Shown here: piece by piece, positions 37,701 through 51,153 of the stretch | Numbering within the stretch: the first letter of the stretch is position 1 | Layout: every line of letters starts with the position of its first letter | Origin: Lama glama | Taxonomy: Eukaryota | NCBI GenBank assembly: GCA_028534125.1 | Contig: CM052832.1 | Location: 33,666,001-33,730,000, forward strand | DNA length: 64,000 bases | Direction of reading: 5' to 3' | Notes under the pieces: model-generated | What the model saw: the letters and a program-made list of their open reading frames with translations, nothing else | Told to the model about the DNA's origin: nothing | The model's database searches: none | Program-made: the position numbers and the translations under genes

Positions 37701-39914
37701 GGCACTGCCCTGCGGCTGGCCTGTGTCCCCCCAGCAGAGGGGCTTCGTGGAAGTCTGAGCGGATGTCTGGTGAAGGAGGAGGGACAGGTGTGTGCTCAGC
37801 ATGGGAGACCCCTTACCTCCAAGGGTCTCAGGTCTCGTCGCAGTCCTGTCCCAGGGGCCCTGGACAGTCTGAGCCGGGCCACCACCGTCCCCACGGCCAC
37901 ACCTTTCTTAACCCCGAGAGCCAGTGTGGAGTCGGGGTGAAAGTGGACCATGTGATTTGAAGCCCACCCTGTACCTTCCGAGATGAGCGTGCAGACGAGA
38001 TGTTTAACGTTTTGGAATTCAGTTTTCTGTGAAATAGCATGATAATAGGAAATAATATAAAAATTGTTCACACGTGATTATGGCATTTGCTTGTGCAAAA
38101 ATAACAGAAGTAAATTAACTGCAAATGCTTGCAGTGGTAAGAATATGTATTGATACTTTTTCTTTACGTCCCATTTCTCTATTATCTTAGCTTTATGACA
38201 TTAAAATATATGTCAGATATAAAAGACCGCCTCTTGTTGAATTGTTGGTAATTTAGAGTTAAAACCATAACTTTCGTGACTGACTTGCTAAGATTCGAGC
38301 TTATTTTGAAGAAGAGTGAGATGGAACCTCGCCTCACTCACCTGTCCTTGTTGAACGTGGATGTAGTTCCCCTCTCATGATCATCTTCCCTCTGCAGAGG
38401 TTATGTGATTGCAAAGGTCAGCACGCGTAACCTCGCTCACCGAGGTCTAGCCAGACCCTCAGGTATCAGTGCCCCAAGAGAGAAGTCCTGCTTTATTTAC
38501 CCCGTGAAAATAGCAATTAAAATACTATGTTGCGATTGTGTATGAACTGTGTATTTAATAAATAGCACGTGAGCTCCTTGTTCCGGGCAGACAGGGTGGA
38601 TAAATTTCTCTCCCTGAAGATTCTTTGGTGCCTGCAGTAAGCGGGGCATGGGTAAGTTCTGAGTGGATGTTTTTATCCGCACTGTTTGCAGGACCTGCTC
38701 TCTACTGTGTGCGCAGCCTGAGGTATTGTTAGTTATTTCTTAGTTTGGAGAAGTTTTGCATGTGTTAAATTTGGGTGGGCACGAGACACTTCCTCATAAG
38801 TCCTAGTTCTGGAGTAACGCAGAATGACTTTCCTCCTTTTTATGTAAATCTTCCTTCCTCTGGAACACAAGACACCCCTCCTCTGTGTGTTCCCCGCTGT
38901 CCTGGAGCCCCACCCAGCGCAGCGCGCTGGCCTCCCTGGCCCGTGAGCACCTCTGCTCGGGCAGTTCGCGTTCTGAGGGCCCAGTGGTGCCGACGCCTCC
39001 CTGATGCGGCCGGTATCCCTCCACTTGCGTGGCTGACACCGTCTTAGCTTTTTTGATTTTTACGCCACTCTGAAAGGCCTAAGTTCTCTGCTCTTCAACA
39101 CATTCCTGGCTTAACTGCTGTCCAATCATGTGTCTCCCTTCCTAGATGGGGAGATTTATGTAACTGTGAATGTCCGATGTTGCAATTTGTCCTCCTAATT
39201 TCGATCCAGAAGCTACTTAAAATTGTTTGTTGGGTTGACTGGTTTCCTGGCTGCTCGGAAACCCAGAGAGGTGGAGCGTCACCATCGCCTTCTCCTCGAG
39301 AGCCTGGCCTGTGCGGGGATGTAGGCTTTTATTTTTGTGCCTGTTTGCTCTCCTGTCTTCCGTTTGTTATGTGATTTGCATCGTAGGGAAGTCAGAACGT
39401 CACCTCCACCCTCTTAGGGCCTCTGGCTGCGCTCGAGATCTAAATCGACACAAGAGAGGGGCACATGGAGTCTCCCCGTGTGGGGCCCAGGGAGGGCAAG
39501 GCCGCAGCGTGCTCCCACCAGGCGTGGAAGGGGCCGCGGGCGCTGAGGGCTGTGCAGCAGGTCGGCTTGGACTGTGTCCTCGGCCCTCATGCCCAGATCT
39601 GTGGCGAGCAGCTCTTTCCTCCTGGGGTCGGAGGCTCCTTCCCGTGGGAGATCTCTGCTGCCAGGGCGGAAGGAGGTCAGGGCACTCTCAGGGCTCCTGC
39701 TGTTTTCCAGGTACCTTTGGCTCAAAATACCCCTTCAGCCAAAGTGGCATGCTTTGCGGTGGCGGGTTCGGCCACCTTTGGGGTGGATCTGTAATTAAAT
39801 ATCCAAGACTTTCGGTAGAAGACTGGCTTGCACCCCAGTCTTTTGGTCATGCTTCCTTACTTGGTTTGCTGCTCACGTGCTCTGACGAGGATTTCAGAGA
39901 AGAGACTTTCAGGG

Positions 39915-40125
39915 CAGCAGTGGGGAGAGGTTGGGAATGTGGGGTCTGGAGCTTGGGGTCTGGGCCCAAACCCTGCCTCTGCTGCTTTCTGGCTTTTGTG
40001 ACTTTGGACAAGACACTTAGTCCTTCTGTGCCCCGTTTCCTTATCTCTGAGATGGATAATAATGGTACTGACGTCATAGGGTTGTTGTGAGGGTAATAGA
40101 GATGTAAGTGGGGTGCTCAGCGTGA
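39915..40125 (+). mobile_element. MIR SINE
   Basis: tgtgactttggacaagacacttagtccttctgtgccccgtttccttatctctgagatggataataatggtac...tcatagggttgttgtgagggt. Confidence 0.85.
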
Positions 40126-41789
40126 CTCCCCCTCCAAAAAAAAAAAAAGCACTGTATCAGTGGAATGTTGTGGGACTCATAACAAATTACCTGATGTGAA
40201 ATCGGCCCACCTCTGGAAGCCGGGGAGGCGGGACCCCTTCTGTCTTCCCACACCAGCTGCACTTACCCGACCAGCCTGGAACCCTCCGCTCCCCCCGGGA
40301 CAGCTAAGTGCAGGCAGCAGGCCTGGGGACCAGAGCCCAGGAGAAGGTGTTGGGGGGCGTGGAGTGGGTGGGGCCGCAGGAAAGGAGGAGGACGTGGACG
40401 GAGCGTGTCTGCTGGCCAGCCTGGGGAGGGCGGCCGGGCGGCTTCCGGCAGGGGGCTCAGTTCCCCCCAACCCCCTACGTTTCTTGTGAACCTCCTCTTG
40501 GGCTTGGGGTCTCTTTTTCTCCTTCCCAGAGCGCTTTGAATTTTGGCAAACTGAAAGGTAGATAATTACCCTTGTACAGTTGTGCTCATTAACACAGTGC
40601 GCTTCTTCAGAACGCAGACTGCTAAAGTAGCTCCCTGCGCTTGCGTCGCCCCCTGCGATCCATGTAATGTGTGCAGACATAATTATGGCGGGCCTGCTCT
40701 TCGGGTGGTGGGGGCCCTGAGATCTGCTCTCTGTGTTCGGAAACCCTCAGGTGAGGCACCGTTTGTTGGGGTTTGACTTGGCATCTTTTCCCGGTGGTCC
40801 GTGATTAGTTCTTCGTTCTTGGCATCTTTATTTGCAGGTCATCCGCTTATGTAACCTGGGTGGTCCGTCACCCGGGCCTGTAGCTCCGCCGGTAACATCT
40901 GTTAGCTCGTGACTGTCTGTGACCAGCGGTGCTGGGGGCGTCAACGGGGTTTACTTACTGCTGTTCGCTCTCACCTGCTCCGGGTGTTTGTGACTTCCAA
41001 GCAGCTTTTCCCGACCGGTTCTTGCCACACGTTCGGCGTGCAACCGAAGTGACTTCTGTCTTGTGACGGAAGTGGGCCCAGCTGTCGGACATCACGACAG
41101 GTGGCGCAGTGTTGAGGGCAGTGGAGACGCCGGCTTCCACACGCCTTGTTCCCTCTGGCCTGGGCTCCGCTTGCGGGTCCCTGGTGGCCCTGTGGCCTGA
41201 GCCTCCTTTGCCGGCTTGGGAACCAGCCCGCGGCGGGCTCGGCTGCAGGGGCAGCGTGGCCGTGGACGCGTTCTGCGTTAGCAGTTACTAAACAGTCCGG
41301 CTTTACTTCTAGTGCTGAGAATCGTTCGTAGCATTTGCCATGGTTTGCTCTTGTTTCTGCGTGGTTTCCCACTCCGTGAAGCTCGGCCGTGGTCCTCGTG
41401 GTTGTGAATACTTGTACTTTTTGGTTCCTTTGCCTTTTACACCTCAAGTATGGACATGTATTTACTTTAAAATTGAAAAAAATACAAGCAGTCTCTGCCA
41501 CTGTAGACAAATGAATTCTTTTAGAAATGAGGCCTTTCTCTTGTTGACTGGGTGTCTTTAATCTTGGAAGTACCAGCGTCTGTTATTAGAGCAGGAACTG
41601 ATGCAAAAGGTTAGCCTCATCCCTACTTCAGGGTTTGTTAAAACACCCTCCCTTCCTTGCAGTCAGAGAAGGTACACAGTCAGCGTTTTAAGTCCCACGC
41701 TTCCCGCTCGTGGGTAACAGCTGTGTCCCCGGCTCCCTGGGACAAACGCCGTGTGTGTAAGCTCTGACCGAGGCAGACTGGTGGCGATG

Positions 41790-41975
41790 ACTGCAGCGTA
41801 CTGGGGGCAGTGGGCTTTGTGGCCCTGTCTACCCCACAAGTGAGGAGGAGCCATGAGTATCTTCATTTCATAGGCAAGGAGACTAAGGCTCGGGAGAACT
41901 GACTGACGCTCTCCAGGACGTCCCAGACCAGCGGGGTCACGTGAGCTGCTGACCGTGCCCGGCCCGGCCACCTTT
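41790..41975 (-). mobile_element. MIR SINE
   Basis: tatcttcatttcataggcaaggagactaaggctcgggagaactgactgacgctctccagg is an antisense MIR core. Confidence 0.65.
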
Positions 41976-44060
41976 CCACGAGGCTTTACACTAATGCTTC
42001 CAGCTTGACGATGAAATCAGTGCGTTCCAATGAACACTTGGCGGCTTGGATCACTAATAAAGTTGTTGTTTTTGTAATTTGATTTTTGGCTGTTAGATGC
42101 ATGAAGGAAGAAGGACTGGCCTTAAAATGTTACCGGACGGGCATTTTTGAACGTGGTTTATGTACATATTCACTGAAGCCAGAGCCCGCTTCCTCTCATG
42201 TCAGCGCAGACTCACACACTTCTGGGCTCCCCCGGTGCCTGCAGTCCCCGTCCTGCGCGTAGGAACCCTTCCCTTAACTTGCTGTAAACAGCACGTGTTC
42301 TGAGCCAACAATGAAAACCACCGACAACGTACTCACAGTTTTTTCCCCGAATTGGACCTACGTGTGCAGTTCTGTGAGATTCCCAGCACACGGGTGATGT
42401 CTCTCGAAGGCAGGAGGTGACCCAGAAGAACGACTGTTGTCACGGCCGTTGGGCCTGTCAGGGCGCCCCTTCTGCGCCGGCCCCTTCAGTGCGTGAACCA
42501 GAGCTGCTTCTGGGTCCTGGGCACACATCCCCGCAACCCCGTGACCGTGCCTCGGGGCCAGCGCAGGGCGTGTTGCTGCAGGACGCTGTCACTGGCTTCT
42601 TGTGCTGATCCGGCGTAGCTGGGGTCAGGAACATGCTGCGTGAATGTCTGTCACCGAGTTCTCGGTCTCGTTCAGCTGGGAGATGATCCAAGCCCACGAC
42701 CTTGCAGTGACTTAGGGCGCCAGGTGTCAAGGTCACAACCCACAGCCAGAGCAACACCAAGAGCTCTTAACGCAGTGAGGGTGGAGGGTGGCCAGTGAGA
42801 CAGCACGTAAGCCAGCAGTGTGCGCCTCTGGCCTCTTGTCCCTCGGGGCTGCTGTGAGCCTCCGGACGGAGCTTCGGGAACGGGTTGGCAGCCGCCTGCG
42901 AAGGTCGTTACTGCTGAGCAACGTGCGGCGTCCTTCTCACCCCCAGAGGGGCAGCGGCCACCCTGGGAGGCGTGGGGGGGCCAGCGGTCCACCGGGAAGT
43001 GGTTCCCTCTGCTTCCAGGGTGCCACGGTCGCTTCTTCCTTGCCGGGCTCTGGACCCGGAGGAGGTGGTCTGGGTGAAGGCTGAGGGTGCGGGCTGAGGG
43101 CCGGGAAGGCTGTGTTCGAGCAGCCATGCCGGCACTGTGAGCTGGGTGGTGAGCACCCGTGACAGCCACTCTTCTTGTGGGCAGACCAGGCCCGGGGCTG
43201 GGGTGTCCAGGGTCCAGGTGGACGTTTGACTTGCAGGACTGTGTGAGGGACGTATTGGCCTCTTCCTGGACGGGGAGCTTGGCGTCCGTGTAACCACCCG
43301 CCCCCCCCAGACCCCTTCCCGGGGCGCCGGCGCTGGTGTAGGAGACGCTCCTCGGGGTCTTGGGTGCCCCCCTGCCTCCAGACAGCCCTGTGTGGACGCC
43401 TTTAGCCTTTACCTCGGAGTAAGACAAAGGTAAACTTCTCTTCCACTCGACTTTTTCCAGACGTGATAATGGTTACTGTGGCGTGTCTTCATTCCAAGTT
43501 AATTCCTCGTGGCCTTTTTCACAGCTTTCCGCGGGCGCGCACCCCCCCCACCCCCATCCACAAAACCTGCACCCCGATAACCCACAGAGCGGGCACGGCA
43601 CGCCGGCCCACGCGGGGAGCGCCCCGCCCGCCCCGCCCCGGGAGCTGCTGCCCGCACGTAGCGCGGACAACTGCGGCCCCTGTGGGCCACTGGGGTCGCC
43701 CTGGGGCCGGGCGAGCTCCGGTTAATTAAAGTCGGCTTTGTTTCCTCTTCCTGCCGGTCCAGCAGTGGGTCTGTGCCACCGTCGTTCTGGCCTCGTGAGC
43801 TTTTTGCTTCTGCTTCCCTGTCCTGGGCCTGGCGTTTTAGTCTCACTGCTCATTTCCCCCGAGTGCGCTGGCAGAGGCCCTGGTGCCCGCGCTTCCGCGC
43901 CTCTTTCAGGGCTGCCCTTCCTCCCAGCTCACTGGCCTCTCTTTCAGCTTTTGTCGCTGACACACTCGATCTCAGGGCTGAATGGGCGGACGGACCAGGC
44001 CGAGGCCGCGGGCAGCACCGGTGCTGGGTCTGAGCTGGGTCAGCACCGCTTGGCCCGCAG

Positions 44061-44232
44061 GCCTGCACTGCCCAGCATGGCGTCTGTGATGGCGATTCAC
44101 ACTTACGTTTAATTAGTTAAAATGAAGTGAAACGAAACCCTTAGTCCCCAGGTTGCCGGAGCCCACGTGTGCTGCCGGGCAGCAGTGGTGCAGGATGCTT
44201 CTGTCACGCAGGACGTTCTCCCGCACGGCGTT
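44061..44232 (-). mobile_element. MER3-like hAT-Charlie MITE
   Basis: ctgcactgcccagcatgg...ttaattagttaaaatgaagtgaaa...cccacgtgtg...ttctgtcacgcaggacgttctcccgcacggcg follows the recalled MER3 layout. Confidence 0.6.
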
Positions 44233-45014
44233 TCTCTACACAGGTGTCGGTCCCTTGGCCATGAAAGAGCAGGAGATGCTGCACATCGTGCGTCCGCGGC
44301 TCCCCTTCTGGTGCCTTGGTTTTACTGTCGCAGGTCCCCACGGTGATGTGGTGGCTTACAGTGGCTTGCATGGTGACCCAGTGTACGTGGGGATCCGGCA
44401 GGTTTTCACAGAAAAGGTGCAGTTTAATTTGTGTTTTGAAGAATGACTGTGATTTGAGAGTAGATGCCAGAGGAATTGCCACTTTCTTGGGGGAAGCTGG
44501 AAATACAGATGGAAATGAGTAATTCAACACGTGGAGGTTAGAGTGTGCGAGGGTTTAAGATGTACCCAGACAAGGAAGAATAAACACACAAACACGAAAT
44601 GAATGCACGCGTGTGTGAAGCACCGCCACAGTGCAAATGTGGACCAGGGGCAGCCCTCAGTGGCTCGCTCGCTCCCTCGCACGTGCCTGTGGGGCCCGGC
44701 GTGGTCCTGGCCCTGACCAGTGTAGGGAGAGCCAGGGTCTCTGCCCCCCAGGGGCTCACGGGTCAGTGGGACACGCAGACGGAAGCAGGTGGCTGTGTGC
44801 TGTGCTTGAGACCAGATGTCCTTGGGAGGAAGGCCACTAGGGTGGGAAGGTTACCCCATCTCTCGAGGTGGCAGTTTGACCAAGACGGCGGCGCCCTGAG
44901 CGCTGGGTGCTGGGGGCTGCTGCGTGTCCGTCACCTCAGCTCACGGGGGCGCCAGCCGTGCTGCCTCCACGCGGACACAGGTTCCCATTCTCAGCCGCCC
45001 CAAAGGCACCGGGA

Positions 45015-45340
45015 ATACAGTCTCATTTAAAACTGTGATGAGGTTAAATTAAGATCCCATGAGCATCAGAAGGCCTTTGGTTGGCGCACAGTCAGCGTGT
45101 TATTACCCGGGGCAGCTCATGGGCAGTGAGAGTCATGCCGCGTGTGGGTGGAGAGCAGGTGACCGGCAGTCGAGTGGACTGGTGCCCCAGGCACGTTAGA
45201 GGCACGTTCTATGTGCAGAGATGGTGCTAAGCATTTAACCTTCATCATGCAGTAATAATAGCAGGGTTTTTTAGGTGATGATTTTGAGGCAGCTAGAAAG
45301 CCACAAAACTTGAAACACGTGTGACTCCAAAGCCCAGCCC
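45015..45340. mobile_element. Two MIR fragments in opposite orientation
   Basis: ctgtgatgaggttaaattaagat (sense) and tatgtgcagagatggtgctaagcatttaac (antisense). Confidence 0.45.
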
Positions 45341-45699
45341 CGAGACCCCCTCCTGCACTGACTGTCGCGTCGTCAGTCCACAGGCCTGTGTGTACTACCT
45401 AGTGCTGGTTGGGGCCTTTGAGGTGACGCGATGAGGAGCCCACGAACTGCGTGGGATCCGAGCTGACGTTCCCAGTCCTTCAGCAGCTTAGTCCTGCCCG
45501 AGGCCGAAGGGCGAGATGGTTGAGAAGGAGGAAATAGCGCGACCATCTTGCGGCAAGATTCTGGGCGGGGCGAGCGCCAGCCACGGCCAGACGTGGCAGC
45601 GTGTGGGCGGGCGGCGGGCGGCACAGAGTCAGCAGTGAGCCGGGGCGGTGAGGCGGTGCCCCCGCATCACTGGTTTGCAGGAGCTGGGCCGGCACGCCT

Positions 45700-46700
45700 G
45701 GGTGTGGTGGTCTTTGTGTTTATCCTGCGTGGTGTTTGCTGAGCTTTATGAATCTGTAACTTAAAGACTTTCACCCTGTTGGGAACATTTATTTGCTCTG
45801 CACTACTGTCTTCTTTCTCTCTGGGAACCTAGTAGTGGAGATGCTTTACTGTCATCCGGAAGGTCCCTGAGGTCTTCTCATTTTGTGCGGTGACGCCCCT
45901 CAGCCCCTCAAGTCCGGAGCTGCGTTTGCTCCGTCTGCAGCGTCGCTGACCTTTCCTTCGTCCTCACCCACCTGCTGCGAAGGCCATTTGCTGCTTAGCA
46001 AAGCCCATTTCATGTCAGTGTGATTTTTTTGGGATCTAGAGTTTTTATTTGGTTCTTTTTTCCAAATAGCTCCTGTTTCTCTAGTGAGATTTCTGTTCAT
46101 TCGTCACGAGTGCATTTTCCTGGATGCCCTTGGTTGGAGTCACCGGCGCTGCTGACCCGACACCCGGACCGTCTCGGCACCAGCCTTTGCTGATTATCTT
46201 GTCTTGTGAGACTGGGTCAGGCTTTCCTTTCTGGATTCTGTTGCATTCCTCCTAATGGTGTTGATTTTTCTCTTTTTTGTTTTTGCAAAAAGATGACTTG
46301 GATGACTGAGACTGCAGGTCCGTGGGAGATTCGGCCGTGTTTACACACAGGCTGTGCATTGAGGCCTCTGTCCCTGCCTCTGCCGGGGCTCCCCGGTGCT
46401 GCCAGCCTCATTTCTGGTAGCTGTGTTTGCCCTAAACGCTACTGTCCTTTGGTTCTTCAAGCCGGTGAAACAGTGGGTTTTCTGTCTCTGCTTGGTACAA
46501 ATGGGAGCCTCCCCTTAGGCTAAAATTCATGAAAAACACAGAAGTCACTTGGAGTTATTCCTTCTTTATCTCTGTTGCAGGTGTCTCCTCCCTCCAGAAT
46601 CTGCTTTTGGATGCTGTCAAATATCTTGGCTGTTGTGTTGTGTTGTGTTGTGTTGTGTTGTGTTGATGTTGCCCAAGGTTTACAGTTATTATCTGCAGAC
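45700..46700 (-). mobile_element. Old L1 5'/ORF1 fragment
   Basis: The antisense ORF 45900-46100 (NLTRETGAIWKKEPNKNSRSQKNHTDMK...GEDEGKVSDAADG) resembles the degraded L1 ORF1p coiled coil. The flank tttgtgtttatcctgcgtggtgtttgctgagc is typical of L1M elements. Confidence 0.7.
46631..46665 (+). repeat. (TGTTG)7 microsatellite
   Basis: Seven perfect pentamer copies. Confidence 0.97.
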
Positions 46701-47989
46701 AGTTCACAAAACAGGCATTTTTTCCTTCCTTTGTAAGAGGATGCTTCTGGACTGCTTACTTTTTAATATTTGCAAGTGTTTTTTTGTGACAGAGACATAT
46801 GTAAAAGTTACATTCTGTGTTGGAAGCAGAGTGAAATTTCCGCACTCCAGCGTGCTGGAGGGGAGGGTTACAGCTCGTGTGTCATTTCCCACGAGAACTG
46901 AATGTACGCCTTTGACACTTGGGTTTCTTTCCTGAGTGTAATTTATTCTGAATTCTGAATGAGCACATTTGTATGTTTCTTGTAGCAATTAGAATGTTTT
47001 CTTTAATATTTTGAAACATTTGATTTGATAATAAGATACTAGCTTTCACGAATCAAGTTTAAAAGCTTTGACTATTCAAGTAATTCCATGGATGGAGGGC
47101 ATAAATATAAGTGACTTACTGTTGAGTAAATTTTTATATAATGATAGAAAAAAATGACTGATTAAAATGGTTTGATAATTGCCCAACTATTTACTTGATT
47201 TACATGATTTTAACCTAATTGGCAATGCATATGCATCAAAGAAATATTTTATGTTAAGTTATTCTGTGATTATAGCACAAAAATCCCGAGTTTTTTGCTT
47301 GATCATATTGAATCTAAAACATTAATTTTCTCAATGTATTTAATCTCTTATTTTACATTATGTGCTGCAAAATTTTAGTCTGTTGAGAACGTGATTGAGT
47401 TAGAAATGTGTGTCTCTGTCTTCTATGATTTTCTCAAATTTGAACTATTTTGATACAGTATTTGATAGGGCAACTAAAAAAAGTTAGTAGGTATGAGCGA
47501 GGATGTGAAAAATCATGCTGAAAGATTAAAAAATATAAAATTTGTTTTTTTATTTGCTAACTTGTTGAAAATCACAGAAAAGCCCACTAGAGCCCAAACT
47601 CACGAGACGCCTCACACCAGCCCACGTCGTGTGAATGTGTGTGTTTGGGGATCTAATTATACTCGTTTTTATGTATTATTTCTGGATTCTTTGGACTTCC
47701 ACTTTATCATGACCAAACATGGGACTTTATTTCCAAACAGTGTACATATAAGACATTAACTTTTTAAGAGTCATAGGATGGTAATATTTTATGATAATGT
47801 TTTAAAATTTAAATTTACTAATATTTTGGACTCACGAATATAGATATGTATGTCTGTTTTGGGGTAAAGTAGCAGATAGATTCTCTTGCAGAGATTGTTC
47901 AGTTTTGGAAATTGACTATCTTTCTCAGCAATCTCTTGTCATTTGAAACTGGGGATAAAAAAAGTCAAGAGGTGGTTTAACAGGATGCG

Positions 47990-48440
47990 TCAGCTGCAGG
48001 GAGCACAAAACCCAACTGAAAGTCCGCCAAACAATGAGAAGGTTTTCAACTTGCATAACAGGAAGTCTGGGCACAGGGCCAGGTCAGTGGTGTCAGCGTG
48101 GACAGAAGCTCCTTCCAAGTTTTTGGCCTGACGGCCTTACCGTATTCGCTTGGTTCTAGGGCTAGTCCCCTCATTGTCACAAAATGGTTGCTATAGCTCC
48201 AGACATCCCGACTGTCTTCCATGAAGGTATTATTAGAGGGGAAAACCTTTTCCTGGTGTTTCCTCATATCTCCTTGGTCAGGGGGATAGAATTATCATAA
48301 TTGGTTTGCCGCAATTATGATTTGCTTTCTCAGTCTAGACCATGTGTTTCCTGACCACACAGCAGAGTGAATACTAGAACAGAATTAGGACTTTGGCTGC
48401 CAGCAAGGAAGGGGTGGGAGGGAGACTGTTGTTCTTACAA
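47990..48440. mobile_element. Old MaLR LTR (MLT1J/K/L-like)
   Basis: cccctcattgtcacaaaatggttgctatagctccagacatc and cagaattaggactttggctgccagcaaggaagggg are characteristic of old MLT1 LTRs. Confidence 0.6.
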
Positions 48441-49289
48441 ACACATTTTAGATAATGAACAACTTTTCATTCAGTTCCTTGAAAGAGCCGTTTTCTCTTG
48501 CTTCTGGGACCTCATTGCTGTCTGGAATTTTCTTCCCCTCCACCTAATAGATTCCTTCTTGTATTTTAACTCTGAGCTTAGATATAATTTCTTTGGGCAA
48601 GTCTTTCTATATATGAGAAAGAAAGAAAAGAAAAGGAGACTTGGAGGCCAAAAGCAGTGCTGCAGATACATATTACCTTTACAATGCTAAAGATTCCGTT
48701 CCCAGGAAGAGGTAACAATTCTAGATTTGTCTGCACTTAACAACCTAGCTTCAAACTGTATAAAGCAGAAATGACCAAACAAGATGGGAAGTAGACAAAC
48801 AGTAACCATAGCAGGTTTTACCATGCTTTCCTTATAACTGCTAGGAGGAGACAGAATGTATATAAATACAGCAAAATGGAACAACGTGATTAACTCACTA
48901 GAGACAGGAAATACATCATGTGGCTTCGTACACACTTGGGGCAGCTTCGCAGCCTCAGTCTCTTCCAGGGATCGTAAAAGGAGCAACACTCCCCAGCTCA
49001 TTTAAGGAAGCAGTATAACTTCGATGGTGTAAGTTAACAAGAACATGAAGAGAAAAAGACACTGCAGACCAGTCTCACTAGTGACCTTTCATACAAAAAT
49101 CTGTACGCAAGGCCAGCAACATACAGTAAGGCTGGCACATTGTTAGCTGAGTGAGTGCATTCCAGGAATGCACATATTTAGCGTTTTGAAGTTAATTTCT
49201 ATTTTATCATGTTACTTATATAAAGGAGAAAAATTATTTATTTTCTCACCAGAAGCAGAAAATTATCTGATAATAATGGAACTTTTAGT

Positions 49290-49863
49290 GTGTACCACAG
49301 TGTGCTGCTTAGTCTCAGGCCGGTGCGGTCACGGACGGTCACAGACGTCACCATCGTCAACATCACCATCACCAGCATCTCATCAAGCTGTCGTGCTGTG
49401 CGCCGGAGGTCAGCAGAGCTCCAGCCTTCTGGAGGCTCGAGGGAGAACATCCTGTCTTCCTGCTTCCGGAGGTGTGCGTGTGCCATCGCTCGTGGCCGCA
49501 CCCCTCTCCACTCTGTCTTCGTGCCATCGTGGCTCGTGGCCTCACTGCCTGCTCTGTCTTCGTGCCGTCGTGGCTCGTGGCCGTACCCCCTGCTCTGTCT
49601 TTGTGCCGTCGTGGCTCCTGGATGCACCCCCTCCCCCGCTCTGTCTTCGTGCCATCTCTGACTGACTTTCTTGCTTCTCTGTTCCTTAAAAGGGCCTCAG
49701 GGATCATACTGGGCCCACCTGGCTAATCCGGGACACTTAACTATTTCATGATCCTGGACTGAAGCACACGTGCAAAGACTTTTTGCTGTGAGACAGGACG
49801 TATTCACGGTTCCTGGCCGGAGGACGTGGACATCTTTGGGGGAGCGTTATTCTGCCTAGCGCA
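49290..49863 (-). mobile_element. MLT1C/D-type MaLR solo LTR
   Basis: Ends ggacgtggacatctttgggggagcgttattctgcctagcgca, the reverse complement of the MLT1D-type start. Contains ctgggcccacctggctaatccggga. Confidence 0.85.
49479..49656 (+). repeat. Minisatellite, about 4 copies of a 41-46 bp unit, inside the MLT1 LTR
   Basis: Unit gtgcc(a/g)tcgtggctcgtggcc...ctctgtctt(c/t) starts at about 49479, 49521, 49562 and 49603, with a partial copy at 49649. Confidence 0.9.
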
Positions 49864-50137
49864 GCGTAGCTGAAGAAAGTGTACAAAGAACATTGTGCGT
49901 AATTACGAAAATCCTGCTGTTGGAATGAGAAGGCTGCCCGCTGACACCATGCTGTTTGACTTTGCGATGGAGGATGTAGCCAGTGCCACTGGGCAAATAG
50001 GAAAACAAAATAATTAAAATTCAGGTTTGAGAAGGAAGAAACCCCCTTATTGTTTGCAGATGAGCATGACTGTGTACAAAGGAAAATCCAGAAGAACCTG
50101 TAGACATATTATTAGAATTAATACATAATTTTAGGAA

Positions 50138-51153
50138 TGGACTTAGCTTGGCCTCTCATGACAAAATACCATAGTCTGGATGTCTGAAACAGACTTCTTC
50201 CTCAAGGCTCTGAAAGCTGGAAGTCCAAGATCCAGGTGCAGCGGGATCAGTGAGGGCTCTGGCTCTGGCTTGTAGACGGCGACTTCCCGCTGTGTCCTCA
50301 CGTGGTGGTGGTGGGGCTTTGTGGCGGGCGCTCTTCGCGGGCCCCCCTCCCGTCATGAGGCCCCTCCTCGCCTGGTCTCGCCTGACCCCGACTAGCTCCC
50401 AGGGCTTCTCCTCCAGATACCGTCTCACTGGGTGTTGGGGCTTCTGCATGTGAATTTGGGGGGGACACACTAACTCCATGGCATTCCACTCCCGATCCGT
50501 CAGAGCTCGAGTCCTTCTTGCATACAAAGTACGTTCATTCCACCTTCCGCGGAAGTCTGGAACGTTTTTTCACCCAAGTTCTTTGCCATTTTATAACAGT
50601 TAGTTGCCTTTCCTCCAGTTTCTGATAAGTGATCCTCGTTCCTGTCCAAGACCGTACCAGACTCATCCTCAGCACCCGTGTTTCCAGTCTACATTTCAGG
50701 TCCCCTCCAGCCCCTGCCCAGTACCCAGGTGAAAAGCTGCGTCCACGTTCCAGGTACCTGTGAGAGCGGCTCAGCTCTCAGTACCGGCACCTGCCTTCTG
50801 CCATGACAGATTCCGTCGCCTGGGGCTTAACCCTCCGAAATCCAATTTCTCGTGGTTCCGGGGGCTGCACGTCGACGGTCTGGCTGACTGGGCCCTGGGC
50901 GAGGGCTCCGTTCCTGGCGGGCGGACGGCTGGCACCTTCCTGCTGTTTCCTCACGTGTCCGGGAGGGAGAGAGGGAGCTCTGGTGTCCCTTCTGACAAGG
51001 GCACCAGTCTCACCTGGAGGGCCCCACACCAGGACCCCTGTGACCTCGTCTGACCCTACTTACCTTGTAAAGGCCCCACCCCCAATGCCATCATGTTAGG
51101 ATTAGGGCTTCGGCATAGACATTTAGGGGGACACAGATATTCAGTCCATAACA
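50138..51153 (-). mobile_element. Two-LTR MaLR (MLT1A-type) provirus with a truncated internal region
   Basis: LTRs at 50138-50483 and about 50792-51153, both ending ...gggggacaca...tccat(g/a)(g/a)ca. The roughly 310-bp internal segment ends cagcccctgcccagtacccagg...cagtacc, as in MLT-int. Confidence 0.8.

Noticed and set aside
41093-41110. CTCF-like motif acgacaggtggcgc
   Set aside because: Mismatches in the 5' part of the core. Such partial hits are common in GC-rich DNA.
39311-43427. 259-aa and 251-aa ORFs
   Set aside because: No recognisable protein family. The first runs through a MIR element.
49479-49656. CRISPR-like repeat array
   Set aside because: Mammalian DNA. The units are contiguous tandem copies with no unique spacers and no cas genes.
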